This document shows positions 9,084 to 18,625 of a stretch of DNA of 64,000 bases, piece after piece. The DNA comes from a virus (lineage: Duplodnaviria > Caudoviricetes). Position numbers and translations under genes: made by a program. The notes beneath the pieces are model-generated. The model made no database searches and was not told the origin of the DNA. It was given only the letters and a program-made list of their open reading frames with translations. The number at the start of each line of letters is the position of its first letter. Within the stretch, counting starts at the first letter, position 1. The DNA lies in the IMG/VR virus record IMGVR_UViG_3300040751_000875, positions 1,623-65,622 of that record. One strand, given 5' to 3'.

Positions 9084-9831
9084 AATGAAAGAAGAAATGG
9101 GCAAATGGGATAGAGCAGAAATAGCTGCACGTCTATCTGCAATTGCATATATGAATGAGAAACCAGCACAGACTGCTGCTAAGAAATTAGGTTTTGCATG
9201 GGTAAAATTAATCAGTAAAGATGGGGCAGAAGTATTAGTGGCTAAAGATAGAAATGATTTATGGTTTGCATTTAGAGGTACTGAACCTTCTAAAATGAAT
9301 GATGTTATGGCTGACCTTAAAATTATTAAGAATACTGCCAAGGCTGGTGGTAAAGTACACGGTGGATTCCAACAAGAAGTAAATGATTTATGGATGGACA
9401 TTGTAAAAGAACTAGAACACAACGACCAATTAAAAGTAAGAAAAGATGTGTATATGACTGGACATAGTCTAGGCGCCGCCATGGCAACTATTGCATCTAC
9501 TAGATATCAACCAGAAGAATTATTCACTTTCGGATCTCCAAGAGTTGGTGGGCCAAGATTCATTAAAAATATTAAGTGCCCACATTATAGATTTATGAAT
9601 AATAACGATATAGTATGTAGAATACCACCTGCATGGTTAGGGTTTAGACACCATGGAACTATGATTTATTTCGATAGAAATGGTAATAAGGCTCCTAAAC
9701 CAACATGGGGAGATTTGTTTTATGGTATTCTAAACTCGTGGAAACGATTTAAATTCTTCGATGGTGTTGTAGACCACGGAATGCCACACTACGTTAAGGC
9801 ATTGCGCAAACTGGCTAAGGTAGAAAAATAA
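9070..9831 (+). CDS. Class 3 lipase (alpha/beta hydrolase)
   Basis: AFRGTE, VHGGF, GHSLG nucleophile motif, TFGSPRVG, NDIVCRIP, DH. Confidence 0.9.
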   Translation: MATTRMKEEMGKWDRAEIAARLSAIAYMNEKPAQTAAKKLGFAWVKLISKDGAEVLVAKDRNDLWFAFRGTEPSKMNDVMADLKIIKNTAKAGGKVHGGFQQEVNDLWMDIVKELEHNDQLKVRKDVYMTGHSLGAAMATIASTRYQPEELFTFGSPRVGGPRFIKNIKCPHYRFMNNNDIVCRIPPAWLGFRHHGTMIYFDRNGNKAPKPTWGDLFYGILNSWKRFKFFDGVVDHGMPHYVKALRKLAKVEK

Positions 9832-10148
9832 TGTATTGGCTTCTTATTCTTACTGTTAAATCAATATTGAGTTCTGTTATAGGATCATCTTTCTATAACT
9901 GGTTTCAAGGTACTACATTAGGTATATGGTTTCAAAAACAAGTAGACAGATTTATGCAACACTTTGCAGAAAAATATAACTTAGAGGTTATAAAGAAAGA
10001 TGCCAAGTTTAGGAAGCAATTTCCTCTGGCAGCAGAGAAGTTGGATAGGGTTGTAAAAAATTCTCATCCATGTAAAGAACTGCATGAATTTGACGCTTAT
10101 CCCAAATTGATAGCTAGAATAGAAGAGCTAGAAAAAAAAGTAAAATAG
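9831..10148 (+). CDS. Hypothetical protein with hydrophobic N-terminus
   Basis: TAATG coupling; hydrophobic first 25 residues. Confidence 0.55.
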   Translation: MYWLLILTVKSILSSVIGSSFYNWFQGTTLGIWFQKQVDRFMQHFAEKYNLEVIKKDAKFRKQFPLAAEKLDRVVKNSHPCKELHEFDAYPKLIARIEELEKKVK

Positions 10149-10151
10149 TTG

Positions 10152-10180
10152 TTTACATTTCATGTGAAATGTGATATAAT
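10152..10180 (+). promoter_or_regulatory. Sigma70-type promoter for nrdA
   Basis: TTTACA-17-TATAAT. Confidence 0.7.
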
Positions 10181-10224
10181 ATATACTATTAAAACATGGA
10201 ATAATAATGAATGGGATAAATGCA

Positions 10225-12522
10225 ATGAAAATCAATGTCACTAAACGTGACGGTTCACAACAAGAATTTGACTTAGAAAAAGTACACAAGGTACTAGAAT
10301 GGGCAGTTGACGGTATTACGGGCGTTAGTATTTCCGAAATAGAGCTCAAGGCTAATATACAGTTATATAATAATATACCTGCATACGATATACATGAACT
10401 ATTAATTAAGTCAGCAGCAGAATTAATTTCTGAACAAACTCCTAACTACCAATTCGTGGCAGCTAGGTTAATCAATTACAAACTGCGTAAAGAAGTTTAT
10501 GGTGAATATGAACCCTGGCCTCTTGCTCAGTTAATTATAGAAAATATTTATCGTAATGTATATGACGGCGAGATTATGACAAATTATACTAGGGATGAAA
10601 TTGATGAGCTAGACAAATACATTAAACACGAACGTGATGATACCTTTACCTATACTGGTATGGAACAGTTTAGAGGTAAGTACTTAGTCCAAGACCGTAA
10701 GAACAAACTCCATTATGAAACACCCCAGATGTTGTATATGTTAGTATCAGCTACGTTGTTTATGAACTACCCTAAAGAAACCCGATTAAAATATGTCAAG
10801 GATTATTATGATGCTATATCTCAGTTCTATATCTCGCTCCCTACGCCGATTATGGCTGGTGTACGGACGCCGACCCGTCAGTTTTCAAGTTGTGTGCTTA
10901 TCGAATCTGGTGATAGTCTTGATTCTATTAACGCTACTGCCACTTCAATAGTAAAGTATATCAGTAAGAAGGCTGGTATCGGTATTGGTGCAGGTGCAAT
11001 CAGGGCAGAGGGTGCAAAAGTAGGAGACGGTTCCGTAGTGCACACTGGACTTATCCCATTCTTAAAATACTTTCAAGCGGCAGTTAAATCATGTTCACAA
11101 GGTGGTGTTCGTGGTGGTGCAGCGACAGTATATATTCCAGTGTGGCACTACGAATTCGAGGATCTGGTTGTTCTAAAGAATAATAAGGGAACAGAAGAGA
11201 ACAGAGTCCGACACATGGACTATGCATTCCAATTTAATAAACTAATGTATGAAAGGTTACTTACAGGTGGCAATATTACATTCTTTGATCCTAATGACGT
11301 CCCTGGTTTATATGATGCATTCTTTGCAGACCAAGATAAATTCAAAGAGCTATATGAGAAGTATGAAAGAAAAACATCTATTAGGAAAAAGTCATTACCA
11401 GCAATTCAGGTATTCTCACAATTCTTAACAGAGAGAAAGGATACGGGTAGAATATATCTAATGAATGTTGACCATGCAAATGAACATGGTGCTTTCTTGC
11501 CGGATCGAGCCCCTATTAGAATGAGTAATCTATGTTGTGAAATTGATTTACCTACTTCTCCGTTGGATGCATCTGATGAAAATGTAGGGGAAATATCACT
11601 GTGTACTTTATCAGCAATCAACTGGGGACTCATAAATGATCCAAAAGACTTTGAGAAATATTGTAATCTTTCTGTTAGGGCTCTTGATGAGCTTCTTGAT
11701 TATCAAGGGTATCCAGTACCTGCCGCTAAGAGAGGTACTCTCAGCCGAAGACCTCTTGGAGTTGGTATTATTAACCTCGCATACTTCCTTGCCAAACGTG
11801 GCCTAAAATATGATAAGTCTGCATTCGAGGTTGTGGATGAATATGCAGAGGCGTGGAGTTACTACCTTATTAAGGCATCTGCTGACTTGGCAGAAGAAAA
11901 AGGTAAAATTCCTTTAAATAATGAGACAAAATACGGCCATGGAGTTCTTCCAATTAATACATATAAGAGTGCAATAGATAATTTAATAGGGCACAAAGAA
12001 CGTATGAATTGGGACGAATTGAGAACTCAACTCAAGGCCACAGGAATTCGTAATAGTACCCTCATGGCATTAATGCCGTCAGAAACATCTGCACAGATTA
12101 GTAATAGTACAAATGGTATCGAGCCACCTAGAGCATTGGTATCATATAAACAAAGTAAGGATGGTGTTATGGCCCAAGTAGTGCCAGGGTATCATCACTT
12201 AAAGAATAAGTATGATTTACTGTGGGATCAAAAATCTCCTGAAGGATACTTGCATATCTGTGCCATCTTACAGAAGTATATTGACCAAGGTATCTCGGTT
12301 AATACTTCATACAATCCGGAACACTTCGAGGACAATAAAATCCCTATGTCAGAAATGATAAAGGATACAGTTACTGCCTATAAGTATGGATTAAAACAAC
12401 TGTATTACTTTAACACCTTTGATGGTGCTGGAGAAATGACAGACGAGACCACACATCACACATATTATGAAGGTGAGTCCGAAACATACGAAGATGATGA
12501 TTGCGAGAGTTGCAAGATTTGA
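10225..12522 (+). CDS. nrdA: Ribonucleotide reductase class Ia alpha subunit
   Basis: ATP cone VTKRDG, PTPIMAG, SSCVL, SNLCCEI, C-terminal CESC; start could be 10207. Confidence 0.97.
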   Translation: MKINVTKRDGSQQEFDLEKVHKVLEWAVDGITGVSISEIELKANIQLYNNIPAYDIHELLIKSAAELISEQTPNYQFVAARLINYKLRKEVYGEYEPWPLAQLIIENIYRNVYDGEIMTNYTRDEIDELDKYIKHERDDTFTYTGMEQFRGKYLVQDRKNKLHYETPQMLYMLVSATLFMNYPKETRLKYVKDYYDAISQFYISLPTPIMAGVRTPTRQFSSCVLIESGDSLDSINATATSIVKYISKKAGIGIGAGAIRAEGAKVGDGSVVHTGLIPFLKYFQAAVKSCSQGGVRGGAATVYIPVWHYEFEDLVVLKNNKGTEENRVRHMDYAFQFNKLMYERLLTGGNITFFDPNDVPGLYDAFFADQDKFKELYEKYERKTSIRKKSLPAIQVFSQFLTERKDTGRIYLMNVDHANEHGAFLPDRAPIRMSNLCCEIDLPTSPLDASDENVGEISLCTLSAINWGLINDPKDFEKYCNLSVRALDELLDYQGYPVPAAKRGTLSRRPLGVGIINLAYFLAKRGLKYDKSAFEVVDEYAEAWSYYLIKASADLAEEKGKIPLNNETKYGHGVLPINTYKSAIDNLIGHKERMNWDELRTQLKATGIRNSTLMALMPSETSAQISNSTNGIEPPRALVSYKQSKDGVMAQVVPGYHHLKNKYDLLWDQKSPEGYLHICAILQKYIDQGISVNTSYNPEHFEDNKIPMSEMIKDTVTAYKYGLKQLYYFNTFDGAGEMTDETTHHTYYEGESETYEDDDCESCKI

Positions 12523-12695
12523 AAAAGAAAGAACGAATTCCACTAAAAGGTGGAGAAGAGTTTGACGCACTTACACCAGCACGTAAACGGTATAAGTATT
12601 TAACTAGCCCTGGTGTTACCAAAAACATTAAAAAGGGTTATAATAAACGATTTAGAAAAAAAGGAAAAATTAATGTCAGTATTGAAGAAGAATAA
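12519..12695 (+). CDS. Small basic hypothetical protein between nrdA and nrdB
   Basis: TTG start overlapping nrdA stop; RIPLKGGEEFDALT..RKRY. Confidence 0.5.
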   Translation: MKKKERIPLKGGEEFDALTPARKRYKYLTSPGVTKNIKKGYNKRFRKKGKINVSIEEE

Positions 12696-13746
12696 AAAGT
12701 CCCATCTGGAGAAAAATATGTTCTTAGATGAAGGCGTAGATATTCAAAGATATGATGAACTAAAATACCCACAATTAGATAAGATTACCGAAAAACAATT
12801 AGGATTCTTTTGGAGACCCGAAGAGGTAGATATTTCAAAAGATAAAAAAGATTTCGATTCTCTTACCGAACATGAGAAGCATATTTTTACATCAAATTTA
12901 AAGAGACAGATTGTATTGGATTCGGTACAGGGCCGTGCACCTAATCTTGCATTCTTACCTATTGCATCTCTACCAGAAGTAGAGAACTGGATTGAAACTT
13001 GGTCATTCTTTGAAACAATTCACAGCAAGAGTTATACACATATCATTCGTAATATATATCCAGACCCTTCGAAGGTATTTGATGGCATTTTGGATACTAA
13101 AGAAATTGGCAATTGTGCAGATTCTATTAGTACCTACTATGATGATTTGGTTACATCAAATAATGGGCCGACTAATAAAATGCAACATAAGAGAGCTATT
13201 TGGATGGCGATGATGTCTGCAAATGCATTAGAAGGAGTAAGGTTCTATGTATCATTTGCATGTTCGTGGGCCTTTGCAGAGTTAAAGAAAATGGAAGGTA
13301 ATGCAAAGATTATCAAGTTTATTGCTCGTGATGAAAATGTGCACCTTGCATCAACTACTACAATGTTAAAACTCTTACAGAAAGAAGATAAAGACTTTGC
13401 AAAGATTGCAAAACAAACTGAAAAAGAATCCATTCAGTTATATGTAGATGTAATTGAACAAGAAAAGGCATGGGCCGAATACCTGTTCCGTGACGGTTCT
13501 ATGATTGGTCTAAATTCAAAACTCTTATGTGACTATATAGAATGGATTGGTTGTAAAAGAATGAGGGCAATTGGATTACCTTGTCCGTATACAGTTACTC
13601 AAATGAATCCATTACCATGGACAGAAAAATGGATTTCTGGAGGTAATGTTCAAGTAGCACCACAAGAGACCGAAATAAGTTCCTATGTGGTTGGGGGTGT
13701 AAAACAAGACGTAGATGACAACACACTAAAAGGACTCAGTCTATAA
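12673..13746 (+). CDS. nrdB: Ribonucleotide reductase class Ia beta subunit
   Basis: FFWRPEE, ETIHSKSY, LEGVRFYVSF, RDENVH, APQETE. Confidence 0.97.
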   Translation: MSVLKKNKKSHLEKNMFLDEGVDIQRYDELKYPQLDKITEKQLGFFWRPEEVDISKDKKDFDSLTEHEKHIFTSNLKRQIVLDSVQGRAPNLAFLPIASLPEVENWIETWSFFETIHSKSYTHIIRNIYPDPSKVFDGILDTKEIGNCADSISTYYDDLVTSNNGPTNKMQHKRAIWMAMMSANALEGVRFYVSFACSWAFAELKKMEGNAKIIKFIARDENVHLASTTTMLKLLQKEDKDFAKIAKQTEKESIQLYVDVIEQEKAWAEYLFRDGSMIGLNSKLLCDYIEWIGCKRMRAIGLPCPYTVTQMNPLPWTEKWISGGNVQVAPQETEISSYVVGGVKQDVDDNTLKGLSL

Positions 13747-13943
13747 TGCCAACACAACTTAAATTTAATTTTGACAAACCTCGAGATTGTACTCCTAAGG
13801 AACAAAAAGAGTGGATCGGCGGCGAACTTAAATATTGGGCTGATATTCAAGGCAATATTATTATAGGTTTATCAATTTTACAAGTAAGTCTTTTAGGATT
13901 CATGTTAGGTATGATGTGTGTCATAGAAAATACAATAGCTTAG
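13746..13943 (+). CDS. Small membrane protein
   Basis: TAATG coupling; C-terminal hydrophobic helix. Confidence 0.55.
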   Translation: MPTQLKFNFDKPRDCTPKEQKEWIGGELKYWADIQGNIIIGLSILQVSLLGFMLGMMCVIENTIA

Positions 13944-13952
13944 GAGAATATA

Positions 13953-14183
13953 ATGAAAATAGAAATTTTTAGTAAGGATAATTGCCCTTACTGTGATATG
14001 GCAGTGCACAAGGCACAGTCAATGATACAAGAAAGAAACGATATAGAATATTCAGTCTTTAAATTGGGAATTGATTTTGGTAGAGAAGAAATGCTAGAGA
14101 ATTTCCCAGGAGCAAGAACCTTTCCCCAAATAAGAGTTGATGGGGAGAATATTGGCGGGTGGTTAGAATTTCAAAAGATTTAA
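13953..14183 (+). CDS. Glutaredoxin
   Basis: CPYC, TFPQI, IGG motifs; next to nrdAB. Confidence 0.92.
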   Translation: MKIEIFSKDNCPYCDMAVHKAQSMIQERNDIEYSVFKLGIDFGREEMLENFPGARTFPQIRVDGENIGGWLEFQKI

Positions 14184-14200
14184 CAAATAAGGAGTTACTT

Positions 14201-14407
14201 ATGGCATACGGAACTGCACCGACACATTGGTACGTGCATGATTGTCAATTTTGTTATAAACGATCATTTATTTCAATAGAGGATGAATGGGATACGGACG
14301 ATAGATTCTGCCCTAATTGTGGTATATCATCAGAAGTGGATGCAACTTCAGACTATGGTGATACTACCGTAGAAACTTTGGATTATGACGAAGATTACGA
14401 GGAATAA
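14201..14407 (+). CDS. Small zinc-ribbon protein
   Basis: CQFC...CPNC; TAAGGAG RBS. Confidence 0.65.
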   Translation: MAYGTAPTHWYVHDCQFCYKRSFISIEDEWDTDDRFCPNCGISSEVDATSDYGDTTVETLDYDEDYEE

Positions 14408-14834
14408 TCCCCCATGGGTATATCAAGGCATCGAGTGGCAACCACCCGAAGACTTCGATCCGAGCGACGTATATGGTTTTGTCTACATAATAACCAATCT
14501 GAAAAATCAGAGGAAATACGTAGGGAAGAAGTTCTTTTGGAGTCAGAAAACTTTACCTATAACCAAGACAAGAAAACGCAGGAAGAAGCTTAAGGTTGAA
14601 TCTGATTGGAGAACCTATTGGGGCTCTAATAAACATTTAGTTGCAGAGATAGAAGAATTCGGTACAGATAATTATACCAGAGAGATTCTTCACTTATGTA
14701 AGACTAAAGGTGACTGTGCATATATGGAAGCTAAGGAACAATTCGATAGAGACGTATTACTTACCGAAGAGTATTATAACGGAATCATATCTTGTAAAAT
14801 CGGTGGACAAACCGTTAAAAATTTAATTAAATAG
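14385..14834 (+). CDS. GIY-YIG-like nuclease family protein
   Basis: GFVYIITN..RKYVGKK, YWGS, YYN motifs; start uncertain. Confidence 0.7.
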   Translation: MTKITRNNPPWVYQGIEWQPPEDFDPSDVYGFVYIITNLKNQRKYVGKKFFWSQKTLPITKTRKRRKKLKVESDWRTYWGSNKHLVAEIEEFGTDNYTREILHLCKTKGDCAYMEAKEQFDRDVLLTEEYYNGIISCKIGGQTVKNLIK

Positions 14835-14837
14835 GGG

Positions 14838-14866
14838 TTTACATTTATGGAAAAGTGTAGTATAAT
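14838..14866 (+). promoter_or_regulatory. Sigma70-type promoter
   Basis: TTTACA-17-TATAAT. Confidence 0.7.
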
Positions 14867-14875
14867 ATACCTATT

Positions 14876-15217
14876 ATGAAGAACAATATCATACAATTTC
14901 CGACTGGGCGAAGACAAGCACAGATTGAGGAAGAAAGGGACTGGGAGTATGAGAACTTCACAGACGAATGTGTAGATACTGCTCAGTTTGCTCTACTGCT
15001 ATTGGAAGATTATATTGATTCAGATGAAGGTAGTAATCTTAAAGAACTTGATTTTAGAAATCCAGAGTACGCAGAGTCCCGTGATATGTTTGTAGTAGTA
15101 AATTTATTGTCTTCTATGTTTATGCGTTATGGTGGTATAAAACACTTCTTGCAAAAAGACCTAGAAACTCTATTCACTAAAATACAAGAAACCCGAGAAC
15201 CTAATGATATTACTTGA
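14876..15217 (+). CDS. Hypothetical protein
   Basis: NIIQFP N-terminal motif; directly after promoter. Confidence 0.65.
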   Translation: MKNNIIQFPTGRRQAQIEEERDWEYENFTDECVDTAQFALLLLEDYIDSDEGSNLKELDFRNPEYAESRDMFVVVNLLSSMFMRYGGIKHFLQKDLETLFTKIQETREPNDIT

Positions 15218-16058
15218 CTATAGTCAGATCGCACTATCCAACATCATAGTGCAAAAACTTAATGATGAAAATATGATACGCCATATGATTCTTAATAGTA
15301 TCCGTATGTATAACAAGAGATACCGACAAGAGTATGGCCAAATGGTTATATGCGCTGATGGCATGAATACATGGCGAAGAGAATACTTCCCAGAATACAA
15401 GGCAATGCGCAGGAAAGGTAAAGAAGAATCTGATACCGATTGGTCTGAAATTTTTAGAATACTTAATCTAGTACGAGAAGAAATCCAAGAAAATTTACCA
15501 TATAAAGTACTGCATATGGAAGGGTGTGAGGCCGATGATATTATAGGCGCACTTACTATCCGTACCCAAGAATTTGGTCATGGAGAACCTGTAATGATTG
15601 TTTCATCCGATAAGGACTTTATTCAATTACAAAAATTCAATAATGTAAAACAATGGTCTCCTATTCAAAAGAAAGTAGTAACTGATAAGAACCCTAGAAT
15701 GTATTTATTTAATCACGTCATGCGAGGTGATTCCGGTGATGGAGTTCCTAATGTATTATCAAAAGATGATACGTTTATTACAGAGGCAAAACAAACTCCA
15801 TTAAGACAGACACGTATTGACGATTGGTTAGAAAGAAGTGATAATTTAAAAGACGCGATGCCAGAAGAAGTATATCGCAACTATCAGAGAAATAAAAAAT
15901 TAATTGACTTGACAGAAATCCCAGAGGACATACAAGAATCAATTATAAATAATTATGATAATCAAAAACTACCTATGAAAATGAAAGTTTTGAATTACTT
16001 AATTAAGAAAAGATGTAACAACCTGATTGAATGCGTGGAGGAGTTTTATAATGCGTAG
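15204..16058 (+). CDS. rnh: T4-like RNase H (5'-3' exonuclease)
   Basis: ILLDYSQI, WRREYFPEYK, EADDII, SSDKDF, GDSGDGVPN. Confidence 0.93.
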   Translation: MILLDYSQIALSNIIVQKLNDENMIRHMILNSIRMYNKRYRQEYGQMVICADGMNTWRREYFPEYKAMRRKGKEESDTDWSEIFRILNLVREEIQENLPYKVLHMEGCEADDIIGALTIRTQEFGHGEPVMIVSSDKDFIQLQKFNNVKQWSPIQKKVVTDKNPRMYLFNHVMRGDSGDGVPNVLSKDDTFITEAKQTPLRQTRIDDWLERSDNLKDAMPEEVYRNYQRNKKLIDLTEIPEDIQESIINNYDNQKLPMKMKVLNYLIKKRCNNLIECVEEFYNA

Positions 16059-16476
16059 AAAATTAATATCCGAGGTCTTTGTAGAGGCCGCAAAACTAAA
16101 TACTAAGAGTGCGAAGATTGCTTATTTGCAAAAGAATAATTCAGCGCCACTTAGAGATATTATCAGAATTAACTTTGATGATGATATCGTTTCACTATTA
16201 CCGAAAGGTGCACCACCCTATAAGAAAGATGATATGGTCGATGGCCATAATTATTCTACGCTGTATCATAAATTTAGACAGTTTAAATATTTCTTTAAGG
16301 GCCCAAAGACCAATATGAGCCAAGTAAAAAGAGAATCGGTATTTATTTCTTTACTTGAATCAATTCATCCAAATGATGCAGAATTGTTCATTCAGGCAAA
16401 AGATAAAAATTTGAAGTATAAGGGAATTACAAAGAAGCTTTGTCAAGATGCATTCCCTAATTTAATTAGTAAGTAA
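16051..16476 (+). CDS. Conserved T4-like hypothetical protein (DUF6433-like)
   Basis: LPKGAPPY, KRESVFISLLESIHP; follows rnh as in marine T4-likes. Confidence 0.7.
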   Translation: MRRKLISEVFVEAAKLNTKSAKIAYLQKNNSAPLRDIIRINFDDDIVSLLPKGAPPYKKDDMVDGHNYSTLYHKFRQFKYFFKGPKTNMSQVKRESVFISLLESIHPNDAELFIQAKDKNLKYKGITKKLCQDAFPNLISK

Positions 16477-16557
16477 TAATAACATGATAATAAGGAGGGC
16501 AGTCTATATAAAACCTTTATAATGATAGAATTCAATTAATCAACATGGAGAAACATT

Positions 16558-16722
16558 ATGCATGTACAAATTGAACGCCTTAAAAAAGACCAAAAAGAGG
16601 CAATATACTATCAAAAGAAACTGAAGCGTAAGGGGAAAGATGTTCTAGCATATAAGATGCAGAAAAAAATCGAATACCTAAATAAATTTATTGAAGATAT
16701 GGCGGCAGTTCAAGGAGGTTAA
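16558..16722 (+). CDS. Small basic hypothetical protein (54 aa)
   Basis: GGAG RBS; MHVQIERLKKDQKEAIYYQKKL...QGG*; below ORF track cutoff. Confidence 0.55.
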   Translation: MHVQIERLKKDQKEAIYYQKKLKRKGKDVLAYKMQKKIEYLNKFIEDMAAVQGG

Positions 16723-16736
16723 ATAACCGGGGTTAA

Positions 16737-16756
16737 GGCCCTGGTAAAACAGGGCC
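16737..16756 (+). terminator. GC-rich hairpin, possible terminator
   Basis: GGCCCTG-gtaaaa-CAGGGCC; weak U tail. Confidence 0.45.
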
Positions 16757-16764
16757 AATTACCT

Positions 16765-17076
16765 ATGACAGAAGAAATTAAATTTACTAAAGAAGAACTT
16801 GCAAATTCTAAAAGAATTTATAAGTCGGCAACACCAAAGTATACCTACGACTGGTATCTAAAATGGGTATCAAGTGTTATCATTCTATGTGCAATAACAA
16901 TCAGAGCGGCTGGAGTCCCAGAATTAATGTGGATGGATATGCTGTTATCTTGGATTGGAGCAATGGGCTGGTTTGTTGTAGGATTTATATGGCAAGATAG
17001 AGCACTTATCTTATTAAATGGAGTTATAGGCATTATATTATTTTCGGGGCTAATTAGATATTACTTTGGAATGTAA
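16765..17076 (+). CDS. Small multi-pass membrane protein (DUF6552-like)
   Basis: DWYLKW, GWFVVGFIWQDRALILLN; three TM helices. Confidence 0.7.
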   Translation: MTEEIKFTKEELANSKRIYKSATPKYTYDWYLKWVSSVIILCAITIRAAGVPELMWMDMLLSWIGAMGWFVVGFIWQDRALILLNGVIGIILFSGLIRYYFGM

Positions 17077-17092
17077 TGAATTTAAATAATGG

Positions 17093-17121
17093 TTGACAAA
17101 TACCAATTGATGTGATATAAT
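17093..17121 (+). promoter_or_regulatory. Sigma70-type promoter
   Basis: TTGACA-17-TATAAT. Confidence 0.8.
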
Positions 17122-17128
17122 ATACATT

Positions 17129-17704
17129 ATGAATATTTTTATACTTAACGAAGACCCAGTAATTGCAGCACAAGAACAGTGTGACAAACATGTGGTAAAA
17201 ATGATTGTAGAGTCGGCACAAATGCTATCTACTGTACACAGAATGTTAGACGGCTCGATCGAGCAACGTCCATCCAAATCAGGAAAAAGAATCTTAAAAT
17301 ATTACAAATTACCAGACGAAAGAGAGGACTTGTATTACAAGGCTGTACATCACAATCATCCATGTACTGTATGGACACGCGAGTCTTGTTGTAATTATTC
17401 TTGGCACTATGAACATTTTTGTGCACTTATGGATGAATATACATATAGGTATGGTAAGATACATTCAACGGATACTAAATTAAGAAAGGCCCTAAAACAG
17501 TTGCCAGATAATATCAATAGAACAGGTGGCAGAACTCACTTTAAATTGGCTATGGGTTCTAATCCAGAGTGTGTAGTATATGGGTTGGGTGGTACTGATC
17601 CTGTACAGTCTTACAGAAATTTCTATCAAACAAAGCAATCGAGGTTTAAAATGGATTGGACAAAACGTAAAGTGCCGGAGTGGTTTAACTATGCCGCTGT
17701 ATGA
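17129..17704 (+). CDS. Pyrimidine dimer DNA glycosylase / DenV-like protein
   Basis: MNIFIL..P..AAQ..CDKHVVKM..ESAQMLST, NHPC..W, EY..RYGK.H. Confidence 0.8.
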   Translation: MNIFILNEDPVIAAQEQCDKHVVKMIVESAQMLSTVHRMLDGSIEQRPSKSGKRILKYYKLPDEREDLYYKAVHHNHPCTVWTRESCCNYSWHYEHFCALMDEYTYRYGKIHSTDTKLRKALKQLPDNINRTGGRTHFKLAMGSNPECVVYGLGGTDPVQSYRNFYQTKQSRFKMDWTKRKVPEWFNYAAV

Positions 17705-17936
17705 TTTTGAAGATAAAGTAACGGGCGAAATCGTTACAAAAATGATTAAGATATCCGATAAGGATCAATTCTTAAAGGATAATCCTAATCTAAAACAAGT
17801 AATTTTATCTACACCATCAATTGTTGGTAGTGTAGGTGGAACACTGTCTCGTGCAGGAGACGGATGGAAAGAAGTGCAAGATAAAATTAAATCGGGTTTA
17901 CCCCCACGGTTAAAGGATAATATTAGAACAAAATGA
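17691..17936 (+). CDS. FmdB-like small protein
   Basis: MPLYDF..TGE, NP.LKQ, DGWKEV..KIK; GGAG RBS. Confidence 0.65.
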   Translation: MPLYDFEDKVTGEIVTKMIKISDKDQFLKDNPNLKQVILSTPSIVGSVGGTLSRAGDGWKEVQDKIKSGLPPRLKDNIRTK

Positions 17937-18625
17937 GTCAAAGACCTTCACGTTTAAGAACAGAACATTTAATTACATTAGAACCTCTCACAGAAGCACA
18001 AAGCTTTGTGTTTGAATCATGGAAAGATGGATTTAATCTAGTCTTATCTGGTTCTGCTGGTACAGGTAAAACCTTTATTTCAATTTACTTGGCATTATTG
18101 GATGTTCTAAATAAAGAACTTCCGCAAGATAAATTAGTCATAGTGAGATCGGCAGTACCTACACGAGATATGGGATTCTTGCCTGGAACATTAGAAGAAA
18201 AAGAAGATGCATATAAAATTCCATATAATGCAATTCTATCCGACCTCTTTGAAGACAAAGATGCATGGAAAAAACTAGAAACTGTAAAGAACATTGAATT
18301 TTTAACTACCTCGTTTATAAGAGGAGTCACACTTAATAATTGTATTGTTTTAATTGATGAATCACAGAATCTTAATTATCACGAATTGTGTTCGGTCATT
18401 ACTCGATTGGGTAATAATACCAGAATTATTTTATGTGGTGATTATTATCAAACAGACTTTACAAAAAATGTTGACATGTTAGGTTTGGCCAAGTTTACTG
18501 CAATTTTAGAAAATATGAAACACTTTGAACATATTACGTTTAAATGGAAAGACATTGTCAGATCGAGCCTTGTAAGGGACTTTATAATGACAAAGGAAAT
18601 GATGGAAAATGATGACTTTAAATAA
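17933..18625 (+). CDS. phoH: PhoH-family ATPase
   Basis: GSAGTGKT, GFLPG, FIRG.T, DESQN, TRLG, GD..Q.D, IVRS. Confidence 0.93.
   Translation: MSQRPSRLRTEHLITLEPLTEAQSFVFESWKDGFNLVLSGSAGTGKTFISIYLALLDVLNKELPQDKLVIVRSAVPTRDMGFLPGTLEEKEDAYKIPYNAILSDLFEDKDAWKKLETVKNIEFLTTSFIRGVTLNNCIVLIDESQNLNYHELCSVITRLGNNTRIILCGDYYQTDFTKNVDMLGLAKFTAILENMKHFEHITFKWKDIVRSSLVRDFIMTKEMMENDDFK

Noticed and set aside
14385-14834. GIY-YIG-like gene as a mobile homing endonuclease or intron
   Set aside because: Short, with no DNA-binding tail; flanking genes and nrdA/nrdB are uninterrupted; no intron structure seen
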